Part shown: in pieces, positions 27,985 through 38,129 of the stretch
Layout of the letters: the number at the start of each line of letters is the position of its first letter
Numbering within the stretch: position 1 is the stretch's first letter
DNA from: a bacterium
GTDB lineage: Bacteria; JAMOTN01
Length of the DNA stretch: 58,935 nt
Assembly: GCA_027062325.1 (NCBI GenBank)
Contig: JAMOTN010000005.1
Coordinates: forward strand, 1 to 58,935
Reading direction: 5' to 3'
The notes under the pieces: generated by a model
Seen by the model: only the letters and a program-made list of their open reading frames with translations
The model's database searches: none
What the model was told of the DNA's origin: nothing
Made by a program: the position numbers and the translations under genes

Positions 27985-28665
27985 TTACTTCTCATAAACA
28001 ATAAGCCAACTCTTATCTTCATAATACGTTCTCGCTTCAAGGCGTCTCAAACCAACAATACGTGCACATGCCTCAACAAAAGCCGGACTCCAAAGGTAAA
28101 ATTCAAAGTTCGACACTATCCCCCTATCTCTACTCACAAACTGGCGCTCAACCTTTAAAGTCAACGGATCAAAGCTTTTTTGAATACTGTAATGGTCCCC
28201 TTCATCTAACCTCATTTTGTAATTTCTTTCAACACCTAACTTAACAAAATCAAACACAGCTGTTATAAACCTTCCACCTTTTTTTAACACTCGCTTTACT
28301 TCCAGCAAACACATGTGAAAATCAATAATCGAGAAATGAGGATAAGGATTACCCCAAAACAAAATCACATCGAAAGAAGATTCTTTGAATGGTAAATACT
28401 TCGCATCACAACAAATCTTTTTATCAACCTCAGACGAGGTAACCAATTCAAAAGCCAAATCTGCCAACACAACATCGTATCCTTTTTTCTGAGCAACGTG
28501 CGCCAAAACTCCACCGCCACCTGCTAAATCTAGAATTTTACTCCCATTAATCCACTTCTCTAGCAAACCAAATTCCCACTTTCTCCGGTCTATGTTTTCT
28601 TTACTAAATAGGTAACTCCTAGCAAAGTAGTTGTAGAAATCGAATAATCTCGACACAATTTTCAC
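27985..28665 (-). CDS. Class I SAM-dependent methyltransferase
   Basis: ILDLAGGGG, DAKYLPFKESSFDVI, EVKRVLKKGGRF. Confidence 0.88.
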   Translation of the reverse strand: MKIVSRLFDFYNYFARSYLFSKENIDRRKWEFGLLEKWINGSKILDLAGGGGVLAHVAQKKGYDVVLADLAFELVTSSEVDKKICCDAKYLPFKESSFDVILFWGNPYPHFSIIDFHMCLLEVKRVLKKGGRFITAVFDFVKLGVERNYKMRLDEGDHYSIQKSFDPLTLKVERQFVSRDRGIVSNFEFYLWSPAFVEACARIVGLRRLEARTYYEDKSWLIVYEK

Positions 28666-28696
28666 CTCTTTACATAAAATACGAACAAATAATAAG

Positions 28697-29143
28697 CTAC
28701 TTAGAAATCAGCTCTGCAAAAAAGACAAATAAAGGCATTCTAAAATTCTCCACCAGCCAAAACTTTCCCCACTTTACACCCTCTCTTTTTTGACGTTTAG
28801 AAGCTTCCTTCCCTTCAAACACTCCACAAACCAAGGCTGCACTTCCCTCAGACGGAGGCAAAGCCAAAGTTTTTATCCAAACATGTCCCGTTTTGCACCT
28901 CAACCTATACCATGCCCAGTCACCTTTAGAAGCAATTTTATCTACAATTCCTACAACTGTATAAGTAGTGTTCCTGACAGCTTTCGTCCTTAAATCTAAC
29001 GGACTTGACAACATCCATTTCCACCAAGCAAATGCAAAAAATGCCACCAATAAAATTGCTATCATAAAAAGCTTTTTCACTTCACCCTCAGCACGTTTTG
29101 AAAAAACATTTTGATTAGTTTTTCTAACTTTCATTTTCGTCAC
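28697..29143 (-). CDS. Membrane-anchored hypothetical protein, probable OB-fold
   Basis: Single TM, then TYTVVGIV..WYRLRCKTGHVWI..PPSEG..LVCGVF, an OB-fold-like strand pattern. Confidence 0.5.
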   Translation of the reverse strand: MTKMKVRKTNQNVFSKRAEGEVKKLFMIAILLVAFFAFAWWKWMLSSPLDLRTKAVRNTTYTVVGIVDKIASKGDWAWYRLRCKTGHVWIKTLALPPSEGSAALVCGVFEGKEASKRQKREGVKWGKFWLVENFRMPLFVFFAELISK

Positions 29144-29199
29144 TTCCTACACTTATTCTCTTTTAAAAGTTTTAGCTCTTTTTTATAATTTTAAGTGCT

Positions 29200-31539
29200 A
29201 TGAAGATCTACGGCAACTTAGAAAACATAGATTGGCCAAATTTTTTAAATTATCTTGCAACATATACTGACTTTTTCCCTGCAAAAGAAGAAATTAGAAA
29301 CTCATCTAATAAACTCAAGACTGCAAACTATGAAGCCCTTATTGAATTTAGAAAACGTGGATTAAGTGTAAACCTTTCCTGCTCAAAAGAAGCTTTTCAG
29401 GCTTTTTCACAACTTCCCAACCTTTCATTTGCAAAAGACTATTTTGAAGTAGCAACCCTAATTAAACAAATCTCCACAAAACTTCAGGAAAACTCAAAAC
29501 TTCTCGAACTTCCCATCGAATCCAGCTTATCATTTGAAGATATAAATAAATCTTTGCACACTGCAAAATTCACTCTTAGCAAATTAACACCTACAGGTTC
29601 AATAAAAGAGGATGCAACCCCTACATTAAAAAAACTTTATTCGCGTCTGAGAAAGTTGACAAATGAATTAAACCATAAAAAACGAGGTATTCTCGATAAA
29701 TTCAGAAAATTCCTTGCAGACAACAACATCTTTTTTAAACACGGTCAACCAACCATTTTGATTAAAGGAAACTTTGCTCATGAGATTGATGGAGCAATAA
29801 TGGCAAAGACTCAGTCTGGAAATCTTTTTATTGCACCAAAAGAGTTAATTGAGGTGAACGGAGCACTAACTGAAACAGAAGAGCTTATCAGAGAAGAGGA
29901 AAGCAAAATCTTAGCAGAAATTGCATCTCTTTTTAGAATTAACCTCAACGCAATAAAGCATCTAATATCATTTGCTACCACTCTAGCAATACTTGAAGCC
30001 AAAGCAAAGTTTATGGAAGAGCACAAGGCATCAATTCCACAAGAAAGCTCTATTTTGAAACTTGAAAAGTTGCGTCATCCTTTAGTGAAAAATTGCGTTC
30101 CAAACGATGTAGAGATAAAAAGCTGCCTGATAATTACAGGGCCAAATATGGGCGGCAAAACTGTCCTTTTGAAGTCGATTGCAATAGCAGTCCTTTCAAA
30201 GGAGTATAACATTCCAATTCTTGCCTACACTGCCAAAATTCCCAATTATCAAGCCCTTGGTGTAGACGTTGGAGATTATCAAATCACGGGAGAAATTAGC
30301 ACATTTGGAGCGCATGCCAAAAATTTAGCACAGTTTTGTCATCTAAAAGATTCCTTGATTCTCGTAGATGAAATAGGAGCCTCCACAGAGCCCGAAGAGG
30401 GAAGTGCCCTTGCAAAAGCAGTAATAGAACACTTAATAGAGAATAAAAATCATGTTGCCGTAACAACCCACTTTCCAACACTTAAAGTCTGGGCATTTGA
30501 AGATGACAGAGTCACAGTTGCTTCTTTAGTAATAGATGACGTGAAGCTAAAGCCCCTTTATCGTTTAGTGTACGGTACACCTTCTCAGAGTTGGGGAATA
30601 AAGATGGCGCATCAGATGGGTGTTCCTGTAAAAGTCATTAAGAAAGCAAATTCCTACTTATCAAGTGAATTTAGTCGTGTAGCAAACCTTGCTTCTGCTC
30701 TAGTTAAGATGAAGCAAGCATATGAAAACTACCTAGAAACTCAAAAACGCATATTAAAAGAGTTGGAAGAAGAGAAGAAAAAACTTGAGTCCTACAAGCT
30801 CAAGCTCGAACAAGAAAAGCAACAGGAGATAAAAAAGATATACGAAGCCTCTTTGGATAGAATCTCCGAACTTGAGAGAAAAATAAAGAGATTGAACTCA
30901 TCAGAAATCCACACCAAGGACAGCCACGTCTCAAACAAAAAATCAACAATCCGCAAATCAAAATCTGATGAGTCCAAAACCTTACATTCTGATGCACCTC
31001 ATAAACTAAAAGCGCAACTCGTAGAAGAAAAAACTCGTTTCAAAAAAGAGGTAGCCTCAATAGTGGATTCATCACTAAAAAAATTGAAGGTTGGTGACAC
31101 AGTTGAGTTTGAAGGTTCTACTTATGTCGTTCGTCAAATTAACAGTGATAAGGGAACATGTCTGATAAGCGACGAGTTTCTCTCTATTGAAGTTCCTGTT
31201 GACAAAGTAAAATTGACAACAAAATCACAAGAGCTAGGATCTCACATCGATAAGCACTTCTCAGATCACACCCCTGACAGACATCCTACCATATCAACTA
31301 AACCTGAAGTGCACCTCAGAGGCCTCACTAAAGAAGAAGCTCGCGAAAAGCTTTTGGATTTTCTCTCTAATGCCTACGCAGCTGGATGGAACGAAGTAAG
31401 AGTGGTCCATGGAAAAGGAGCAGGTATTCTTCGCAAAATGGTGGAAGACGAGCTGAAAAAACTTCCCTACGTTGAGTCATTCAGAGCAGGAAGATGGGGC
31501 GAAGGAGACAGTGGAGTTACGATTGTAAAGTTCAAGTAA
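29200..31539 (+). CDS. mutS2: Endonuclease MutS2
   Basis: RHPL, ITGPNMGGKT, STFGAH, LVDEIGASTEPEEG, TTH, coiled coil and C-terminal Smr domain (HLRG..VVHGKGAGILR..GDSGVTIV). Confidence 0.93.
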   Translation: MKIYGNLENIDWPNFLNYLATYTDFFPAKEEIRNSSNKLKTANYEALIEFRKRGLSVNLSCSKEAFQAFSQLPNLSFAKDYFEVATLIKQISTKLQENSKLLELPIESSLSFEDINKSLHTAKFTLSKLTPTGSIKEDATPTLKKLYSRLRKLTNELNHKKRGILDKFRKFLADNNIFFKHGQPTILIKGNFAHEIDGAIMAKTQSGNLFIAPKELIEVNGALTETEELIREEESKILAEIASLFRINLNAIKHLISFATTLAILEAKAKFMEEHKASIPQESSILKLEKLRHPLVKNCVPNDVEIKSCLIITGPNMGGKTVLLKSIAIAVLSKEYNIPILAYTAKIPNYQALGVDVGDYQITGEISTFGAHAKNLAQFCHLKDSLILVDEIGASTEPEEGSALAKAVIEHLIENKNHVAVTTHFPTLKVWAFEDDRVTVASLVIDDVKLKPLYRLVYGTPSQSWGIKMAHQMGVPVKVIKKANSYLSSEFSRVANLASALVKMKQAYENYLETQKRILKELEEEKKKLESYKLKLEQEKQQEIKKIYEASLDRISELERKIKRLNSSEIHTKDSHVSNKKSTIRKSKSDESKTLHSDAPHKLKAQLVEEKTRFKKEVASIVDSSLKKLKVGDTVEFEGSTYVVRQINSDKGTCLISDEFLSIEVPVDKVKLTTKSQELGSHIDKHFSDHTPDRHPTISTKPEVHLRGLTKEEAREKLLDFLSNAYAAGWNEVRVVHGKGAGILRKMVEDELKKLPYVESFRAGRWGEGDSGVTIVKFK

Positions 31540-31544
31540 AAAAG

Positions 31545-32660
31545 TTAGCGCAACTTTCTAATTAACGCATATCCCATCATTGCAGCTAGTAGCACAGCAG
31601 AGATCACATTAATATAGCTTCCCCCTTTAGCGCTACTCTCTGCAAATGCAACTTTAAATCCTAAACTATCCACTAGAAAAGCACCTACCAAAGAAGCTGC
31701 GACCACTACACCAAAATAAACCAAAAACCCCCTTAATTTAAATCTTTGCCACACAAAACGCAAAGTAATAGCATTTGTAGCAGGCCCTGCCAGCAAAAAC
31801 ACAAAAGCTGATCCAACACTAAAACCACTTAGCACTAAAGAGGCAGCAATTGGAACACTTGACACAGAGCACACATACATTGGTAAAGCTAGAAAAAGTA
31901 TTTCAAAATAAGCCAATGGAGGTTTTAAAACTATATACTTAAAATGTGAGAATACAACGGAAAAGAATGCCGAAATCATCAATCCTATAAGAAGAGTATC
32001 CAGTAACTCTGCCGGCTGTTCAAAAAAGAATTTTTTTACTAGGGAATTCATTTTTTTCAATATCCTTTCTTTACCACTATATTTATCGATGGTAGCATCT
32101 CCTTTATCGTGATCTAAATGATGGGAATGAAAAAGAGAATCTTCTTCATGATAATGATGATGACAGCAAGCACTATTACAGCTCAACCTAACTTTTTCTT
32201 CCTTGCCATCAACACCAGCTTCAAGATCTTCAGCTCCTTCAACAAGTGCCTCACCAAAGAACTTGAAAAGCAAACCACCACAAACTCCAGCTAAAAAAGC
32301 AATCCCTGCTCTCAAAAAAGCAAACTCCCAGCCAAACACCGCCCAAGTCGCAATAATTGCATCAACACCCGTCATAGGCGTACTAATCAAAAAACTCATA
32401 GCTGCCTCAACCTTTGCCCCACTTTTAACTATGCTATTTGTAATAGGTACTATGGAGCAAGAACATATCGGAAGCGGCACTCCTATTACGGCAGCTTTAA
32501 AAATTCCAACATTCTTAAGACTCGAAACCTTAAAGAAAACTTCGATAACCGAAGCCACAAACATTCCCAAGAGAAACCAGATAGAGAAATCTACCCACAT
32601 ATTCAAAAACGAACGCACAAACTCTTTGGCAAATTCAATCAAGTCCATTAACGATTTCAA
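31545..32660 (-). CDS. DUF318/ArsP-type permease (SO_0444-like metal efflux) with His-rich loop
   Basis: PLPICSCSIVP, FLISTP, PMYVCSVSSVPIA and FLLAGPATN repeats; CCHHHYH..HSHHLDH loop. Confidence 0.85.
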   Translation of the reverse strand: MKSLMDLIEFAKEFVRSFLNMWVDFSIWFLLGMFVASVIEVFFKVSSLKNVGIFKAAVIGVPLPICSCSIVPITNSIVKSGAKVEAAMSFLISTPMTGVDAIIATWAVFGWEFAFLRAGIAFLAGVCGGLLFKFFGEALVEGAEDLEAGVDGKEEKVRLSCNSACCHHHYHEEDSLFHSHHLDHDKGDATIDKYSGKERILKKMNSLVKKFFFEQPAELLDTLLIGLMISAFFSVVFSHFKYIVLKPPLAYFEILFLALPMYVCSVSSVPIAASLVLSGFSVGSAFVFLLAGPATNAITLRFVWQRFKLRGFLVYFGVVVAASLVGAFLVDSLGFKVAFAESSAKGGSYINVISAVLLAAMMGYALIRKLR

Positions 32661-33405
32661 CCCCCATTTTTTTTAAAATATTTGATAATTCGTAATAATT
32701 ATCACCTCCAACAGTATTTGCAACAAAATCTCCAATATGACTTTTGTATCTATCTAAAAAATTAGTTTGACTAATTAACTTATTTCTTACTATTATAAAC
32801 CTTTTAAAGTCAAGCTGTAACTCATACGTCATGCTTCGCAAAGCCTCTGAAAAAAACAAAATTTTTTTAAAACTTACCAATCCTTTTTCCTCAAAACTAC
32901 CATACTCATCGTAAAAAAATGCGATTCCATTAAAAGGTGTATCTTTCACTTTCACACCTATATTACACACATCAAATTTAAAATTTATATACTCCAGTGA
33001 ACTATTGAACACCAACCACTTCCTAAATCTCTCAATATTCGAAAAATCAAACTTAAATCCAAATTTTTTGAGATAACACAAATACGGCAAAAACAACTCT
33101 TTTAACTCTGACCTTCTGAATTCTTTTAGAACTTCAACTCCTAACATAAAAGGTAATATCAACTGATAATCGATATCTACCAATACGTAACACTCAACGT
33201 TTCGCAAAAAAACTCTTGGCTGAATAACCCCAGATATTAAATATCCCCTCTTTCTAAAATATTTAACCAAATGCGAAAGAATCCTCGTTTTACCACAACC
33301 TATGCATCCGGTAAGCAAGTAGTCCCCGCCAAAATTAAAAGCCTTCAAACTAGTTTTCAAATTGGCATTATGGAATCTGTTAAACATTTCATCCATCAAA
33401 GCCAC
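32635..33405 (-). CDS. P-loop NTPase (NTPase_1/DUF2478-like)
   Basis: LTGCIGCGKT Walker A, ISGVIQPRV, FFYDEYGSFEEKG Walker B-like. Confidence 0.65.
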   Translation of the reverse strand: MALMDEMFNRFHNANLKTSLKAFNFGGDYLLTGCIGCGKTRILSHLVKYFRKRGYLISGVIQPRVFLRNVECYVLVDIDYQLILPFMLGVEVLKEFRRSELKELFLPYLCYLKKFGFKFDFSNIERFRKWLVFNSSLEYINFKFDVCNIGVKVKDTPFNGIAFFYDEYGSFEEKGLVSFKKILFFSEALRSMTYELQLDFKRFIIVRNKLISQTNFLDRYKSHIGDFVANTVGGDNYYELSNILKKMGVEIVNGLD

Positions 33406-33420
33406 CTTTCAGTAAAAACT

Positions 33421-33948
33421 TCAATCTAAACGAAAACTTTTTCCTGTTAGCTTTGCTAACTTTTCCCAAAATTCCATCTCGTTTGCCACTTCTGAGGAAA
33501 AAGCAGTAGTTCCTCCATCTTTCGAATACACAATCTCATCATTTGCAAAGAAATTTAACCACTTATCAACTCCACTCAAAAGATTTATAGGCATCAACTT
33601 AATTCTATCATTCGCAATCTCTTGAGCATACACTTTTAAAATTTCAATCTTTTTCGAAATTGTAACTCTATCAACCAAAGCAGTCAGAGGTAAATCCCTC
33701 AATATCACATCTCTTAAGGCACACTTTAAAATCAGATATCCCTCAAGTTCAAACGCTGCCCATTTATTTCTTTTTAGAATAAAAAATGGGGATATCCGGG
33801 TAACTCTTGCCCCAAATATCCCCAACTTTACAATAAAATCACCTACTGTAAAAACTTCTCTTCCCTCAAGCGCCAACAAAAAAGCCTTATACGGCGAAAA
33901 TGTCAAGCAAACCCTTGCCTTATCCTCCACATCCATTGCTGCTCCCAC
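33421..33948 (-). CDS. Hypothetical protein
   Basis: 175-aa ORF tightly packed between oppF and the NTPase gene; no motif recognised. Confidence 0.55.
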   Translation of the reverse strand: MGAAMDVEDKARVCLTFSPYKAFLLALEGREVFTVGDFIVKLGIFGARVTRISPFFILKRNKWAAFELEGYLILKCALRDVILRDLPLTALVDRVTISKKIEILKVYAQEIANDRIKLMPINLLSGVDKWLNFFANDEIVYSKDGGTTAFSSEVANEMEFWEKLAKLTGKSFRLD

Positions 33949-33957
33949 TCGTTTAAA

Positions 33958-35157
33958 CTATCTACCTTTTCTTTTTCCTTTAGATTTTGAAGTAGAGCTT
34001 TTTGCCCCAGCTTCCTGTTCCGATACACCTTCCCTCGCCTTTTTCTCCCTTTGAAGTTTCTCCCACTCTTTCCTTATCTTATCCTTTTCTTTTGAAACTT
34101 TATGGCAAGCCACCCAGTGATCCGGTAGTATCTCTTCAAGCTGAGGCACCTTTGTAGCACATATAACACCCATGTTCTCATAGCATCGTGGATGAAATGG
34201 ACAACCAGAAGGCTTAGCAAGAGGCGAAGGAACATCTCCTTCTAATATTATCCTCTTTTTCTTATCTCTAATCTCTGGATCCGGTATTGGTACAGCAGAA
34301 AGAAGAGCCCTAGTATAAGGATGAAGTGGCATATCATATATAGAATTTGCCGGAGCAATCTCAACCATATTTCCCAAATACATTACTGCAATTCTATCAC
34401 TTATGTAACGTACCACCGATAAATCGTGTGATATAAATATGTACGTTAATCCATACTCTTCTTGAAGATCTTGCATTAAGTTCAATACCTGGGCACGAAT
34501 TGAAACATCAAGAGCAGCAACCGCCTCGTCCGCAATTATCAACTCTGGGTTAACCGCCAGTGCACGCGCTATAACTATACGCTGTCTTTGTCCACCAGAG
34601 AATTCATGTGGATAACGATTAACATACTCCTCTCTTATCCCAACTTTTGTAAGAAGCTCTAAAACCTTCTTTTTTCTCTCTTCATAAGTATCTCCAATCC
34701 CGTGTATTCTCAAAACCTCTTCAATGGCATTTCCAATCGTCATCCTAGGATTGAGGGAAGCATACGGATCTTGAAATATCATCTGTATTTTTCTACGATA
34801 CGGCTTCAAAGCTTTATCAGGCATCTTCGCAAGATCATAACGCTCACGCAATAAAGCTGCCTCTTTCTCACGTCCTTCCTCTTCATAAGCCCTTATCTTT
34901 TCCTTTATCTCCTCTGGAACATCGAAGAACACCTCTCCTGAAGTAGGCTTGTACAAACGAATAATAGCCCTTCCAGTTGTAGATTTACCACATCCAGATT
35001 CTCCAACAAGCCCAAGAGTTTCTCCCTTTCTAACAAAAAACGTAACGCCATCCACAGCCTTTATGTAACCTGCAACCCTTTTAAATATACCTTTAAAAAC
35101 CGGAAAGTACATCTTCAAATCATTTACCTCTAACAAGACTTCTCCTTTTTTGGCCAC
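33958..35157 (-). CDS. oppF: Oligopeptide/dipeptide ABC transporter ATP-binding protein
   Basis: [43 protein letters not shown]. Confidence 0.92.
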   Translation of the reverse strand: MAKKGEVLLEVNDLKMYFPVFKGIFKRVAGYIKAVDGVTFFVRKGETLGLVGESGCGKSTTGRAIIRLYKPTSGEVFFDVPEEIKEKIRAYEEEGREKEAALLRERYDLAKMPDKALKPYRRKIQMIFQDPYASLNPRMTIGNAIEEVLRIHGIGDTYEERKKKVLELLTKVGIREEYVNRYPHEFSGGQRQRIVIARALAVNPELIIADEAVAALDVSIRAQVLNLMQDLQEEYGLTYIFISHDLSVVRYISDRIAVMYLGNMVEIAPANSIYDMPLHPYTRALLSAVPIPDPEIRDKKKRIILEGDVPSPLAKPSGCPFHPRCYENMGVICATKVPQLEEILPDHWVACHKVSKEKDKIRKEWEKLQREKKAREGVSEQEAGAKSSTSKSKGKRKGR

Positions 35158-35178
35158 CTTTATTCCCCCCTGTACACA

Positions 35179-36141
35179 CTACTTGGCAAACTTCCAACAA
35201 GCCACCTTATGTCCCTTAGCAACCTCAACAACAGGTGGTGTCTTTTCATGGCATATATCCATAACTTCAGAACACCTTGTACAAAATCGACAGCCTTTGG
35301 GCATCTCATAAGCACTTGGAACAACTCCCGGGATAGTCTTCAAACGCTCATCGGTCTTAACATCCAAACGCGGAATAGAAGCCAATAAGCCCCTTGTATA
35401 AGGATGAAGTGGATTTTTAAACAATTCAAATACATCAGCTTCTTCCATTATCTTACCCGCATACATAACAATAACTCTATCACTTGTCTCTGCAACAACT
35501 CCCATATCGTGAGTAATCAGAATAATTGAAGATTTGAACTCTTTTCTCAACTCATTCATCAAATCCAAAATTTGTGCTTGTATTGTAACATCCAAAGCAG
35601 TTGTTGGCTCATCAGCTATGAGGAGCGACGGATTACAAACCAACGCCATTGCTATCATGACACGTTGTCTCATTCCACCAGAAAATTCATGCGGATATGC
35701 CCATAATCTATCACGTGCTGCTGGAATCCCAACCCTCTCAAGCATGGCTACAGCTCTTTCTTTTGCTTCTTCCTCCGTCACATCCTGGTGTAAAAGTATT
35801 GCCTCCATTATCTGGTATCCAATGGTAAAAACCGGATTTAAAGCTGTCATAGGTTCTTGGAATATCATAGATATGTCGGCCCCTCTTATCTGGCGCATCT
35901 GATCATCTGGCAACCCCAACAAATTCTTACCCTTAAATAGAATCTCCCCCTCAATTTGTGCATTTCCCGGAAGCAACCTCATGACAGCAAGCGACGTCAC
36001 ACTCTTTCCACTTCCAGACTCTCCAACTATTCCCAAAACCTCCCCTTCATTAACAGAAAAGCTAACATCATCAACAGCCTTTGCAATTCCTTCTTCTGTT
36101 TTAAAGTAAACCTTCAAATTCTTAACCTCAAGAATTGCCAT
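35179..36141 (-). CDS. oppD: Oligopeptide/dipeptide ABC transporter ATP-binding protein
   Basis: [44 protein letters not shown]. Confidence 0.93.
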   Translation of the reverse strand: MAILEVKNLKVYFKTEEGIAKAVDDVSFSVNEGEVLGIVGESGSGKSVTSLAVMRLLPGNAQIEGEILFKGKNLLGLPDDQMRQIRGADISMIFQEPMTALNPVFTIGYQIMEAILLHQDVTEEEAKERAVAMLERVGIPAARDRLWAYPHEFSGGMRQRVMIAMALVCNPSLLIADEPTTALDVTIQAQILDLMNELRKEFKSSIILITHDMGVVAETSDRVIVMYAGKIMEEADVFELFKNPLHPYTRGLLASIPRLDVKTDERLKTIPGVVPSAYEMPKGCRFCTRCSEVMDICHEKTPPVVEVAKGHKVACWKFAK

Positions 36142-36184
36142 ATCTTCTTCCCCCCATTAATCTACTTAAATCCTTTACCAACCA

Positions 36185-37069
36185 TTACTTCAATTTTGGA
36201 TCAAGAGCATCTCTCAAACCTTCTCCCATCAAGTTGTATCCAAGAACTGCTAAAAATATCGCGATTCCGGGGAAGGTTGAGAGCCACCAAGCTGTCTGAA
36301 TAAACTGCTGTCCATCGGACAAGATATTACCCCAACTCGGATTAGGCGGCTGAACTCCAAGTCCCAAGAAGCTCAAACTTGTCTCTGTTAATATAGCACC
36401 ACCAATTGAAAGCGTTGCACTAACCAAAACTGGAGTTATGGCATTCGGCAAAATATGCCTGAAAATTATCCTTGCATCGCTCATTCCAAGAGTTTTAGCA
36501 GCCTGAACATACTCCATCTCCTTTACCTGCAAAATCTGCCCTCTTATCAAACGTGCAACACCTGTCCAAGAAGTTATTCCTATGACAACCAACACCGTCC
36601 AAATTGAGGGTTTGAAAAATGCCATAATAGTAAGAATTAGAAAGAACGTAGGGAAGCACATCATAACTTCTATAAAACGTGAAATCAAGTCATCAATCCA
36701 TCCACCGTAATAACCTGCAATACTTCCTATTATTATTCCAATAGTTACAGATATACCCGTTGAAATAAAACCAACAAACAGTGAAACACGTGCTCCGTAC
36801 ACTATACGCGAATAAACATCTCTCCCCAATTGATCCGTTCCAAACCAATGTTTTGCACTCGGTGGTTGTAAACTTTCATCAGGATTCGTAGCTATTGGAT
36901 CATGAGTTGCTATGTAAGGGGCAAATATTGCTACAAGTATTAAGGAAGCAACTATTATAAAACCTGTAACAGCCACACCATTTCTAAAAAATCTCCGCGT
37001 TACCATTTGAAAATACGTTCTGTGAGCATACTTCTTATTTACTTCATTTTTTGCCTTCTCTGCCACCAT
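36185..37069 (-). CDS. oppC: Peptide ABC transporter permease
   Basis: HWFGTDQLGRD, EYVQAAKTLG..RHILPN, LSFLGLG..PSWG. Confidence 0.93.
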   Translation of the reverse strand: MVAEKAKNEVNKKYAHRTYFQMVTRRFFRNGVAVTGFIIVASLILVAIFAPYIATHDPIATNPDESLQPPSAKHWFGTDQLGRDVYSRIVYGARVSLFVGFISTGISVTIGIIIGSIAGYYGGWIDDLISRFIEVMMCFPTFFLILTIMAFFKPSIWTVLVVIGITSWTGVARLIRGQILQVKEMEYVQAAKTLGMSDARIIFRHILPNAITPVLVSATLSIGGAILTETSLSFLGLGVQPPNPSWGNILSDGQQFIQTAWWLSTFPGIAIFLAVLGYNLMGEGLRDALDPKLK

Positions 37070-37105
37070 CTTCGCCCTCCTTACACTGTTTTCAACTTTT
37101 TTATT

Positions 37106-38080
37106 TTATTCGTATCTTATAGTTGGGTTTACAAGGGCATACAATACATCCGCTAAGAAATTCCCAAGCAACGTCAAAAATGACACTATAACACTTATTG
37201 CCATTATAGTTGGATAATCACGATTCATAATAGCATCGTAACCAAGGCGTCCCATCCCCGGAAATCCAAAAATGGTCTCGATAATAAAGCTTCCACCTAT
37301 TAATCCAGGAAGCATAAAACCGAACAATGTAACTATGGGAATAAGAGCATTTCTCAAAGCGTGCCAATAAATAACTTTCCACTCTGGAACTCCTTTTGCA
37401 CGAGCAGTTCTGACGTAATCCTGATTTATAACATCCAACAAGCTCATCTTCATGTAACGAGAAAGAGAAGCGAATGAACCAATTGAAAAAACTATAACAG
37501 GCATCACTAAGTGTTTTAAAAGGTCTATAAACCTATCCCAAAATGGCCACTCTTCTGCACCTATGGTGTGAATTCCAGAAATTGGCAACCAGCCCAATTT
37601 AACACCAAACACCAATATCAACATCAAAGCAAACCAAAATCCCGGTAACGAATAACCTATAAACACTAACACCGTGGTAATCTTATCAAACCACGTATTT
37701 CGCCACACTGCTGCCATTATTCCAAGCGGCACACCTATGGCAAACGAGACTATTATTGCTAAAATATTTAGAATCAGAGTATTTGGAATTCTTTCTGCAA
37801 TCTTGTCCAACACCTTTCTTCCATCTTTGAAGGATTCCCCGAAGTCTAAGGTGAGAATCTTTTTCAACCACTTAAAGTAACGGTACATGACTGGCTTGTC
37901 CAAATCATAAATCTTACGCAATTTTTCTATATCCTCTGCTGATATATTTGGGTTCATTTTGGAGGCATCTAAAGCTGCTGGCTCTCCGGGAGCAAGATTT
38001 ACTATTAAAAACGTTATCAACGTTATTCCAAACAGAGTGGGGATCATGTAAAGTATGCGCCTTATTATGTAGGTAAACAT
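37106..38080 (-). CDS. oppB: Peptide ABC transporter permease
   Basis: YIIRRIL, DFGES, DYVRTARAKG..HALRNALIP, IETIFGFPGMG, RDYP. Confidence 0.93.
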   Translation of the reverse strand: MFTYIIRRILYMIPTLFGITLITFLIVNLAPGEPAALDASKMNPNISAEDIEKLRKIYDLDKPVMYRYFKWLKKILTLDFGESFKDGRKVLDKIAERIPNTLILNILAIIVSFAIGVPLGIMAAVWRNTWFDKITTVLVFIGYSLPGFWFALMLILVFGVKLGWLPISGIHTIGAEEWPFWDRFIDLLKHLVMPVIVFSIGSFASLSRYMKMSLLDVINQDYVRTARAKGVPEWKVIYWHALRNALIPIVTLFGFMLPGLIGGSFIIETIFGFPGMGRLGYDAIMNRDYPTIMAISVIVSFLTLLGNFLADVLYALVNPTIRYE

Positions 38081-38129
38081 CCATCCCGCCTCCTTACTTT
38101 TAATTCGTTAACAAACTTTTTTATCATTC

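Noticed and set aside
29172-29201. CIRCE element before mutS2
   Set aside because: The arms match 7/9 each, but the spacer is 12 nt rather than the required 9.
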